Shown piece after piece: positions 44,539 through 52,519 of a stretch of DNA of 64,000 nucleotides. Numbering within the stretch: the stretch's first letter is position 1; every line of letters begins with the position of its first letter. Made by a program: the position numbers and the translations under genes. The notes under the pieces were generated by a model that made no database searches, was not told where the DNA came from, and saw only the letters and a list, made by a program, of their open reading frames with translations. The DNA is from Candidatus Omnitrophota bacterium (GTDB lineage Bacteria; Omnitrophota; Gorgyraeia; Zapsychrales; Zapsychraceae): positions 27,346-91,345 of the forward strand of contig JBFWOS010000001.1 in NCBI GenBank assembly GCA_050250375.1. The letters run 5' to 3'.

Positions 44539-46944
44539 TTACGCAACGGCATAAAGCTCATGCTCCAACTCTTTGATGGCCAGGATGTATTGATCACGGC
44601 CGCCAAAGGATTGAATAATTTCCGTTGGTGTTCCCATTTGATTAAACGGCTCGATTTTTAAGACTGAAAGGTCTTCAATATTCTCAATGCCTTCATCCGC
44701 ATATTTATCCAACAGGGCGTTGAGAACGGCACGCGCTTTGTTGCCGTATTTGGTGAAATAATTGCGTTTTTTAACTCCTTCGGCTCTTTCTTTGCGTGTG
44801 AGAGCCGGCATATCCCAGGCGATATGACAAATCAGATCAAAAATATCTAAATCTTTCTTTGTTTCCTCCAACAAATTCTCCAGAATAATGCCTTTCGATT
44901 CTAGTTCTTCGACAATCGCTTGTTTTTTATGAGTGCTATTCCACCTGGCGAGAAATTCGTTCAAGGTGTGAAACTCTTTTATAATACTTCTTTTCGTATA
45001 GTCAATTAAGGTCTCGGTCATCAGTTTGCCGTTGGCATCCAAATGCTGGACACGTTCATTCAAAATGGACACATCCACGCCAGCGACAAAGATTTTTGGA
45101 CTCGGATCAGATGTTATTGGTCCCCCCCCCACAATTTCAGGCGGAGGATCATAGATGGTAGTTCCATCTCCTTCAAAATCAACAGGCTCATCGGTTTCAG
45201 GATCGATGACTTCCTGATCATCTAAAGGATCAATAACTACATCTGTTATCTCCTCATCTCCATTAATTTCTTTGATCATGACCGGATCTCCGTCAAACTT
45301 AGAGTCGGCAAAAAGATTGGTGACACTGCGAAAATCCATAATCGTAAAATATGTTTTATCGTATACTTCGTTAATACGCGTTCCGCGGCCGATAATCTGT
45401 TTGAACTCGGTCATGGATTGAATATTTGACTCAAGAACAATCAATTTGCAGGTTTGCGCGTCAACACCGGTGGTCATCAATTTTGAAGTGGTGGCAATGA
45501 CAGGATAAGTTTCTTCGGGATTAATAAAATTATCCACTTCGCGCTTACCTTCGTCATTATCGCCGGTTATACGCATGACATATTTATAGTTCTCCAAAAC
45601 CAAATCTGAATTTTCAATGGCCAGGGCTTGTCGCATCCGTTCGGCATGTTCGATATCTACACAAAAAACAATGGTTTTGTCAAAACGATTTGTCTTTCTT
45701 AAAAACTCAGTTATCTTCTTGGCCACTATTTTTGTCCGATCATCAATAACCAAATTTTTGTCAAAATCTTTAGTGTTATAGACCCGGTCTTCGACCTCGT
45801 TACCGTCTTTGTCTTTCTTGCCTAATTCCGGGCGCCAGCCTTCCAGATCGGTATTGATTCCGACTCGGATAACCTTGTAAGGCGCCAGAAACCCGTCCGC
45901 GATACCCTGCTTGAGCGTGTAGGTGTAAACAGGTTCACCAAAATAATCAATATTAGAAATTGTCTTTGTTTCCCGCGGGGTTGCAGTAAGTCCGATATGT
46001 GTAGCGGATTTAAAATAATTAAGAATCGCTTTCCACGCGTTGTCAGACGCCGCGCTTCCGCGATGGCACTCATCAACAACCACTAAATCAAAAAAATCAG
46101 GACGGAATTGTCTATACGCGTCCTTATCCTCATTATCATTTGTCAGTCCTTGATAAAGGGCTAAATAAATTTCGTAGGCTTTGTCAATCTGGTGTTTTTT
46201 GATAACAGTCATTTTTTCTTTAAAATGCTTAAAATCATTGCGCTTGGTTTGATCAATCAGAATGTTACGATCCGCCAGAAAAAGTATTCGCTTTTTCCTG
46301 CCGTTTTTCCAAAGCCGGTAGATGATTTGAAACGCCGTGTAGGTTTTTCCTGTGCCGGTGGCCATGACAAGGAGCACTCTATTCTGCCCGCGGGCGATGG
46401 CTTCAACAGTTCGATTAATCGCGATTTGCTGATAGTAGCGCGGGGAACGTCCTGAACCATCGTAAAAATAGTCGAATGAAGCGGCTTGTTCCTCCTCGGG
46501 AGTTTCAATATTTTTAAACTTTTTGTATATTTGCCATAATTCAGCGGGGGAAGGAAAATTGTCCAGGGAGTATTCTTTTTCGATCGGCATCGTGAGTCCG
46601 GAAAAATCATGCTGGATAAAGCCGTCGCCGTTAGAACTAAAGGCGAGCGGAACATCCAATATCTTTGCGTATCTTAAGGCTTGTTGTAACCCGGAACCTA
46701 CTGAATGGTTGTTATCTTTTGCTTCAATGACAGCGATGGGAATATTGGGTTTAAGATAGAGAATAATGTCGGCACGTTTTCGTTCGCCACGGACCGATTT
46801 TTTACCCTTAACAAAGATACGGCCGTCAGTAAAATACACTTCCTCACGAATCTGTTTTGATAAGTCCCAACCCGCTTTAAGTATGGCCGGCAAAATGAAT
46901 TGGGTGCAGATATCGCGTTCCGAGAGTTCTTTTTTGTTGGTCAT
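44539..46944 (-). CDS. hsdR: Type I restriction enzyme R subunit (EcoEI-like C-terminus)
   Basis: MTNKKELSERDICTQFILPAI N-terminal nuclease domain, TGTGKT and DECHR helicase motifs, and an EcoEI_R_C-like C-terminal domain. Confidence 0.9.
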   Translation of the reverse strand: MTNKKELSERDICTQFILPAILKAGWDLSKQIREEVYFTDGRIFVKGKKSVRGERKRADIILYLKPNIPIAVIEAKDNNHSVGSGLQQALRYAKILDVPLAFSSNGDGFIQHDFSGLTMPIEKEYSLDNFPSPAELWQIYKKFKNIETPEEEQAASFDYFYDGSGRSPRYYQQIAINRTVEAIARGQNRVLLVMATGTGKTYTAFQIIYRLWKNGRKKRILFLADRNILIDQTKRNDFKHFKEKMTVIKKHQIDKAYEIYLALYQGLTNDNEDKDAYRQFRPDFFDLVVVDECHRGSAASDNAWKAILNYFKSATHIGLTATPRETKTISNIDYFGEPVYTYTLKQGIADGFLAPYKVIRVGINTDLEGWRPELGKKDKDGNEVEDRVYNTKDFDKNLVIDDRTKIVAKKITEFLRKTNRFDKTIVFCVDIEHAERMRQALAIENSDLVLENYKYVMRITGDNDEGKREVDNFINPEETYPVIATTSKLMTTGVDAQTCKLIVLESNIQSMTEFKQIIGRGTRINEVYDKTYFTIMDFRSVTNLFADSKFDGDPVMIKEINGDEEITDVVIDPLDDQEVIDPETDEPVDFEGDGTTIYDPPPEIVGGGPITSDPSPKIFVAGVDVSILNERVQHLDANGKLMTETLIDYTKRSIIKEFHTLNEFLARWNSTHKKQAIVEELESKGIILENLLEETKKDLDIFDLICHIAWDMPALTRKERAEGVKKRNYFTKYGNKARAVLNALLDKYADEGIENIEDLSVLKIEPFNQMGTPTEIIQSFGGRDQYILAIKELEHELYAVA

Positions 46945-47175
46945 TTGCTTTTAAACTATGGATTGAGAAAATTGATTCATTTCTTTATATCATTATTTAA
47001 GCTTTGATTTTCTAATTTTTCCAAGTATTTTTTAAATTCAAAATGTATCTATATTACAATTTACCTCTCACCGCTCCACCTTCCCCTCTCCCCCCTTACA
47101 GGGATCGGGGATCAGTGATCATTGGTTGGCCCGTTATGCTCTTGAAGAGAATCATACTAAATTTTCTGTTTGTCG

Positions 47176-47616
47176 TCATCGGTCAACCTTTTCTTCGTCT
47201 CCAGGACACGCCGCAAACTCGCAATCCGGCGGGATTCTTCCTACGTAACTGCCGTCGGCGCATTGTTTGGCGTCCATTGTGCACGCATGCGTGCTCTTGG
47301 TGTTATGAGCAGGAGTGCAGCTGGATATAAATAAAGAAAGAAGAAGGAAGAAGAAAGAGGGGAGAAATTTATTGACCGTTGGGCTATTGGGTATATGGGT
47401 AAATGGGTATATGTGTTTATGCGGGGTTATGACTGTTGGGCGGATAAAGTCACACGTCACAAAGTCACATGTCACATGTGACTTGTGTCCTGTGACGTGT
47501 GACATTGCTTGACCACCGGTCACTGGTCCCTGATCCCTATTTTTTCCGCAAATTTTCATACAGAACCTTTCCTTCACGGTCAAAGATCGTGTCGCTGAGG
47601 ATCGCATTGTTTTCAT
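47176..47616 (-). CDS. hypothetical; Cys-rich C-terminal peptide preceded by repeat-C-encoded lipoprotein-signal-like segment
   Basis: The ORF spans repeat C. The repeat encodes ...NKFLPSFFFLLLSLFISSC (lipobox-like), followed by TPAHNTKSTHACTMDAKQCADGSYVGRIPPDCEFAACPGDEEKVDR. The true start is unclear. Confidence 0.3.
   Translation of the reverse strand: MKTMRSSATRSLTVKERFCMKICGKNRDQGPVTGGQAMSHVTGHKSHVTCDFVTCDFIRPTVITPHKHIYPFTHIPNSPTVNKFLPSFFFLLLSLFISSCTPAHNTKSTHACTMDAKQCADGSYVGRIPPDCEFAACPGDEEKVDR
47331..47506. repeat. repeat family C, copy 1 (open in one frame)
   Basis: Purine-rich tract, TTGACCGTTGGGCTATTGGGT..., then the perfect palindromes GTCACATGTGAC and GTGACGTGTGAC. The second copy is at 48160-48316. 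Confidence 0.8.
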
Positions 47617-49111
47617 AGACCACTTCGGCCATGAGATACCCGTCAGGATGGTAGATCCTGTTCGGTCCGTCCGGGAGGCCTTCCCGGGATGATATCGTCT
47701 CCATGAGCCGGCCGTCTTTATAATAATATGTGAGGGTCCCGGTCACGGGCTGGCCGGATTCATCAACCAGCCGGTTGTTTTTATAATGCATGACATGCGA
47801 CAGTTCCCCATCCGGGAAATACTCTTTGTAATCACCATCAAGCTGATAATTACGCGACGATCCGGAGGTCTTGATCACCCCGTTGGGATAATAAAGCGTA
47901 AACACGGACTCATTGCCGCCGATCGCCTGCGACAGGAAGGCGACTTTCCCGTCAGGATAATAACGGATGTGCCTGATTTGCTGGCGCTGGTTATATTTGA
48001 TTTCCTGCATCACTTCCCCGTTTTTGAAGTAATTACGCGCCACTGCTGTGCCGTCGTTTTCCTGGGTCATATCTGAAAGAAGATTACCGGAGTCGTCATT
48101 CACCCGGGAGTATGAAGCGGGGACGGCGGCATAGAGCAAAGGAGAAAAACTGGTTATCAATAAAGAAAGAAGGAAGATAAAAGAAGGAAGAAATTTATTG
48201 CCCGTTGGGCTATTGGGTTTATGGGTAGATGGGTATATGTGTTTATGGGGGGTTATGACTGTTGGGCGGATAAAGTCACATGTCACATGTGACTTGTGTC
48301 CTGTGACGTGTGACATTATCCATTCCTTCATCTTCATGAGCCTGCCGTTGGTGGCCTGCAGTTCGGCAAAATCCAGATACAGTGAAACGATAAGATTGAG
48401 CTGTTTTAATTCCGGTTCGGACAAATAGTTCTTGGCGATGACGGCATCCTGCGCGGTAACATAATTATTTTTTAAGCTGGTCAGCCCCATTAGAGGCTTA
48501 CGGCTGTCCGCGCGTTTCTCGATGATCTCGGCCGCGGTGTGGCCGTGAACGGCATAATGCATCTTATTTTGCACAGTGGCGAAGAATTCCTGGGTCAGTT
48601 TGTCGTTAACCTTGTAATCAATGCTGGTGGCGTAAATATCGGTCACTTTCTGGTAAAAATTGCGCTCACTGCTGCGGATGTCACGGATACGTTGTAGAAG
48701 TTCTTCAAAATAACGCGCCCGGCCTCCGCCTGCCTTAAGCCGTTCATCATCCAGCGTAAAGCCTTTAACGATATATTCCCTGAGCCGTTGGGTGGCCCAA
48801 ATGCGAAATTGCGTGCCCTGCAATGATTTCACACGGTACCCGACAGAGATAATGACATCCAGATTGTAATAATTGGTCGGTTTGGTAGAAAATTCGGAAT
48901 TTCCGAATTTTCTCATCGTTAGTTCCTCAGATAATTCTTTCTCTTGGTAGATATTCTGAATATGTTCATTAATCGTAGATTTTGATTTATCAAAGAGTTC
49001 CGCCATCTGGTCTTGAGACAACCAGACTGTTTCATCTTCAATCTTAACCCGTAGTTTTGTCTGCCCATCGTCAGTTTTGTAAATAATAATCTGCGGTTCC
49101 GGTTTTTTCAT
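47537..49111 (-). CDS. composite ORF: RhuM-family N-terminal region joined in-frame through repeat C to a MORN-repeat (YwqK-like) lipoprotein region
   Basis: Residues 1 to about 257 match RhuM/DinD-family proteins (IIIYKTDDGQTKLRVKIEDETVWLSQDQMAELF...). The repeat-C-encoded segment follows (HVTGHKSHVTCDF...NKFLPSFIFLLSLLITSF). Then MORN-like repeats (YYPDG..., YYKDGRL...). Likely a fusion created by the repeat insertion, or two genes. Confidence 0.5.
   Translation of the reverse strand: MKKPEPQIIIYKTDDGQTKLRVKIEDETVWLSQDQMAELFDKSKSTINEHIQNIYQEKELSEELTMRKFGNSEFSTKPTNYYNLDVIISVGYRVKSLQGTQFRIWATQRLREYIVKGFTLDDERLKAGGGRARYFEELLQRIRDIRSSERNFYQKVTDIYATSIDYKVNDKLTQEFFATVQNKMHYAVHGHTAAEIIEKRADSRKPLMGLTSLKNNYVTAQDAVIAKNYLSEPELKQLNLIVSLYLDFAELQATNGRLMKMKEWIMSHVTGHKSHVTCDFIRPTVITPHKHIYPSTHKPNSPTGNKFLPSFIFLLSLLITSFSPLLYAAVPASYSRVNDDSGNLLSDMTQENDGTAVARNYFKNGEVMQEIKYNQRQQIRHIRYYPDGKVAFLSQAIGGNESVFTLYYPNGVIKTSGSSRNYQLDGDYKEYFPDGELSHVMHYKNNRLVDESGQPVTGTLTYYYKDGRLMETISSREGLPDGPNRIYHPDGYLMAEVVYENNAILSDTIFDREGKVLYENLRKK
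48160..48316. repeat. repeat family C, copy 2
   Basis: See 47331-47506. Confidence 0.8.
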
Positions 49112-49398
49112 TTATCTTCCTCCAATTTTCCTAAATTTTCTTTTCCTGCGTTTATGTTTGCATTGATTGAATGCTTCTACCCGGCGCATGGATTGTTTAG
49201 GTTAATTGGGTATACCGTTTAAGGTTTAAGGCGTAACGTTTAAGGTTAAAAAGGTTATTATATCAATTCTTGAAAGATTTGGTCCTTGATTTCTTTCGTA
49301 TATCCTATCCGTTTACTTAGGCGTTGACAACATATGTATGTATATACTTTAATTAAACATTTAAGGATCGGGGCATCCCGGTCGGATGTTAAAGGCGG

Positions 49399-49548
49399 TC
49401 ACTGCCAGTGCGGGGGCCGCCTACTTTTTTGGTAAAATAACCAGGCCGCTTCCTTGGTATTTCCCCCTCCCAAAACAAAAATCGGGTAATCCTTGTCCAC
49501 AATCAGCAAATTGTGATCCCCGGATTCATCTAAGAACATAATTTTCAT
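49399..49548 (-). pseudogene. short ORF fragment (DUF3800-like N-terminus?)
   Basis: MKIMFLDESGDHNLLIVDKDYPIFVLGGG... runs 49 codons and ends. Below the ORF-track size cutoff. Weak. Confidence 0.25.
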
Positions 49549-49559
49549 ACCGTAAATCC

Positions 49560-49736
49560 TTAATTAACTTCGTATCCAATGCATAAAGCAACCGGTTCTT
49601 TTTTGGGATCGCCGTTTTGGGCGATCAGGTAACAGGCGTACCGGGTTAACATAATATCATCGACTTGCCTTTGCCCCCCCTTACCTAGGACGATCATTTT
49701 GTTGACGTCAACAAAATGATCGGAGATGTTCTGCAT
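49560..49736 (-). pseudogene. short ORF fragment with Bro-N/RhuM-like motif
   Basis: 58 codons: ...[24 protein letters not shown]. Preceded by the same GGCGCATGGATTGTTTAGGT repeat that precedes the RhuM gene. Confidence 0.3.
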
Positions 49737-50236
49737 GTCCGTCTCTTCCTTAATACAATGTTGTTTTTAATGCATTTTGGTCAGGGGGATTTTCTTCATT
49801 GATTTTACCCGGCGCATGGATTGTTTAGGTCAATAGGATATAGGGAACAGGCATCTCGGCCCGCAGCATTCGCTGCGAAGCGGCGAGACGGGCGCCTGTT
49901 CCGTACGAAATTGATATTGATATTAATTTTGTATTGTTTTTTGTTCGTTTTGATAAATTATTATACACAAAATTTTTCGCATTTCATCAGCAAAATGAGG
50001 GTTGGCACTATCCTTTCCGGGCTTTGTGCTATCTTTTTTCTACCTTTTGGGCGGATTGGGAGGATTTTAAGGGATCAGGGGTCAGGGATTAGGGATAATC
50101 TTGACCGTTGGGCTTATGCTGTTATTAGTTATTAGTGGTGAGTGATCTGTGATCAGTCGTTTGACCGTTGGGTTAATGCTGTTATCCAATCCAGGGATCT
50201 GATCACCCGTTTGCTGACCATCAATTACCCGAGTTG

Positions 50237-50632
50237 TTAGTCTGACTTATTTATCAATGACTTTAGGATTTGCGCAAACCCCTCTTTATCAAGATTTCCT
50301 GTAGCCAGTTTCATCATTCCATCGTACAATTTCTGATCCTGGTCAAGAATTTCAATGCCGTTTAATTCAAGAAATACCAGAGCAGCTGCCAGCCCTGTTC
50401 TTTTATTCCCATCGATAAAAGGCTGATTCTGGGAAATATGAAACGCATAGGCGGCAGCCTTCATGCTTAGATCGCCATGGAGGTAATCCCCCTGAAATGT
50501 TGCCTGCGGTTGTGACAACGCCGATTGAAGCATTTCCATATCTCTGAGTCCGGGTTTGCCGCCATATAAATCGAGTTGGTTTTGATGGATTTCAATGATT
50601 TCGGCGAGGGTCAGAAAAATAAATTCATTCAT
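50237..50632 (-). CDS. doc: Doc (death-on-curing) family toxin, Fic fold
   Basis: FIDGNKRTG matches the Doc variant of the Fic motif. Confidence 0.85.
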   Translation of the reverse strand: MNEFIFLTLAEIIEIHQNQLDLYGGKPGLRDMEMLQSALSQPQATFQGDYLHGDLSMKAAAYAFHISQNQPFIDGNKRTGLAAALVFLELNGIEILDQDQKLYDGMMKLATGNLDKEGFAQILKSLINKSD

Positions 50633-50639
50633 CGTTTGA

Positions 50640-50867
50640 TTATTTGGCCAATTTCTTTAATGTACCGGCATGGTTCTTATTGACTTTTGTCAGAGCAGTA
50701 CGAAAGGCCTTTTCTCTGGCCTTGTCCCGGACCGGAGAGATTATAATATTCGTCCCATCGGTTGACACTTCCAGCGGAGTATCTTTGTCAATCTTCAGGA
50801 TCTGTAAAATTGCCTTTTCAATGACTAGGGCCTGGCTGTTTCCGTGTTGGGTTAAAGTTTTGATCAT
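50640..50867 (-). CDS. AbrB/MazE-type antitoxin (Phd-like partner of Doc)
   Basis: 75 aa, directly upstream of doc with an 8-nt gap. Contains LTQHGNSQALVIEKAIL. Confidence 0.65.
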   Translation of the reverse strand: MIKTLTQHGNSQALVIEKAILQILKIDKDTPLEVSTDGTNIIISPVRDKAREKAFRTALTKVNKNHAGTLKKLAK

Positions 50868-50902
50868 TGGCCACCTCCAGAGTGTTAATACAACGTACTA
50901 AC

Positions 50903-50930
50903 AGTATATCACCAAAATATATGTTGTCAA
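50903..50930 (-). promoter_or_regulatory. sigma70-like promoter (TTGACA-16-TATACT) for the phd-doc operon
   Basis: On the minus strand: TTGACAacatatattttggtgaTATACT, about 35 nt upstream of a GGAGGTGG RBS and the ATG at 50867. Confidence 0.5.
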
Positions 50931-50950
50931 TGTACGGTGAGTTGTAAAAT

Positions 50951-51134
50951 AGAAGAAAGATGAAAGATGAAAGAAAAGTTATAAAAGTTTAAGGTTTGAC
51001 GTTTAAGGTTAAGGAACTAACAAGACACAAGTGACAAACAAATTCCATTGTTCAACATTCAATAACCAAACAGGATTATTTTTTGTTTGGATTTTGTTGT
51101 TTGTGATTTTTTTGTACCTTGTCTCTTGTTTCTT
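50951..51134. repeat. repeat family D, copy 1
   Basis: Purine-rich tract, AAAGTTTAAGGTT(TGACGTTTAAGGTT), then CAAATTCCATTGTTCAACATTCAATAACCAAACAGGATTATTTTTTGTTTGGATTTTGTTGTTTGTGATTTTTTTGTACCTTGTCTCTTGTTTCTT. Second copy at 52290-52460. Both lie upstream of TA-like operons. Confidence 0.8.
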
Positions 51135-51159
51135 TTAATTCTTCGAATGCAGGCATTTA

Positions 51160-51852
51160 TTAAGTCTTTTCTAATTCGTTTAATAGGCCGATATCTTCTG
51201 TTTGTCGCAAGGCATCAATTATCTTTTTCTGCCAATTAAAGGGTATCGTTTTATATGCTTTTTTAATACTGGATATCTGTTGATGGTTGATTAACGCCTT
51301 TAAAACAATCATCGCGGTCTCTTGATCTTTAATCGTTTTTTCTTTCTTAAGGCGTCTGGGAGCAATGATCAATTTATGCAATGCAAAATTAGCCGGATGC
51401 GGTAGTTTTATCGTCATCTGATCAATCTTCACTTGTATTATATTTTGCGTAAGCATCTCCAGAAATCGTAAGGCAGTCGCGTTGACTCCTAACGATGGTA
51501 ACGGGTACGGCTTTTCGCGGCCCCTTCCCCGTTCAGGAGTTAAGAATTCAAGAATCAATTCCGGATGGTCCAGTTTAATATATCCCTGAGCGCCTTTAAA
51601 CGTTGTAATAAACCCCAAATCTTTGAGTAATTCCGGAATATCCACCTTTACTTTTATGGATGCGGGATGATCAATCAAAAAATCGATATCCCGCGTAATC
51701 AACGTTATCTTTCTTAAATCATCCTGACCGGAAAAGTATTTTTCATAAAATACAACACACCAACTTCCGATCAGAATAAGTTCAGAAAGTATTTTCTGTT
51801 TATGAAAACGCTGCAATACATCAAGACACAGATCATATTGCTTCTTTTCCAC
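51160..51852 (-). CDS. nucleotidyltransferase-fold protein (possible AbiEii/MNT-like toxin)
   Basis: LIGSWCVV...ITRDIDFLI follows the GS-x(n)-DxD polymerase-beta NTase pattern. Confidence 0.6.
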   Translation of the reverse strand: MEKKQYDLCLDVLQRFHKQKILSELILIGSWCVVFYEKYFSGQDDLRKITLITRDIDFLIDHPASIKVKVDIPELLKDLGFITTFKGAQGYIKLDHPELILEFLTPERGRGREKPYPLPSLGVNATALRFLEMLTQNIIQVKIDQMTIKLPHPANFALHKLIIAPRRLKKEKTIKDQETAMIVLKALINHQQISSIKKAYKTIPFNWQKKIIDALRQTEDIGLLNELEKT

Positions 51853-52225
51853 GCAATGCTCCCTGAAGATATTTAATCTGTTTTTTCACTTGTGATAAAT
51901 GACTTCGGTATTTTGCCCGCAATTTCTTAGCATCGTCATACCTTTTGATTTCATCTTTTGGCAGTTTACCTTGATAGATGTGTTTTACTTTCTGACCGAT
52001 CCTTTTGACCAGATAATAATATTCGTTATTTTTGATGATCTTTTTGGATAAGCACCCTTCAGGCAGTTTCTTAAGGGCAGACTCATACTCTTTTTTCATA
52101 CGCAAAGAATTTTTCAACTCTTCCTTTAAAACCCCTTTTATAACACCTCTCATAACAGCCTCCTGGTTACCTAACAAACTATACTTAAATATAACTTGTT
52201 TGGTAACCCCTGTCAACTTTTTCAT
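51833..52225 (-). CDS. hypothetical Lys-rich small protein, putative cognate partner of the NTase
   Basis: 130 aa, overlaps the NTase start by 20 nt. No domain recognised. Confidence 0.35.
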   Translation of the reverse strand: MKKLTGVTKQVIFKYSLLGNQEAVMRGVIKGVLKEELKNSLRMKKEYESALKKLPEGCLSKKIIKNNEYYYLVKRIGQKVKHIYQGKLPKDEIKRYDDAKKLRAKYRSHLSQVKKQIKYLQGALRGKEAI

Positions 52226-52289
52226 GGCAGTTACCTAACAATAATATGAGATCAAATTGTTGTTGGGTATGTGTTTGGCATGGAGAAGA

Positions 52290-52460
52290 TAGCTGGGAGA
52301 AGAAAGAAAAAAGAAGAAACATTAAAGAAGAAATAATAAAAGTTTAAGGTTATGGATTCTAAACAAATTCCATTCTTCAACATTCAAAAACCAAACAGGA
52401 TTATTTTTTGTTTGGATTTTGTTGTTTGTGATTTTTTTGTACCTTGTCTCTTGTTTCTTG
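52290..52460. repeat. repeat family D, copy 2
   Basis: See 50951-51134. Confidence 0.8.
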
Positions 52461-52519
52461 TTACTTCTTAGATTTTCTTTCCTCTTTCTTCTTCCATCTT
52501 CCTTCTCATTAAGTTCTCA

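Noticed and set aside
47043-47330. 95-aa plus ORF upstream of hsdR
   Set aside because: Lies in the AT-rich promoter and repeat region between the hsdR start and repeat C. Low-complexity Pro-rich start. Likely spurious.
3140-50200. Possible CRISPR array from the recurring GATCCCTGATC-type repeats
   Set aside because: The repeats are 10-30 bp, irregularly spaced, heterogeneous and scattered over the whole window. No regular repeat-spacer periodicity and no cas genes. They are dispersed intergenic repeats, not CRISPR.
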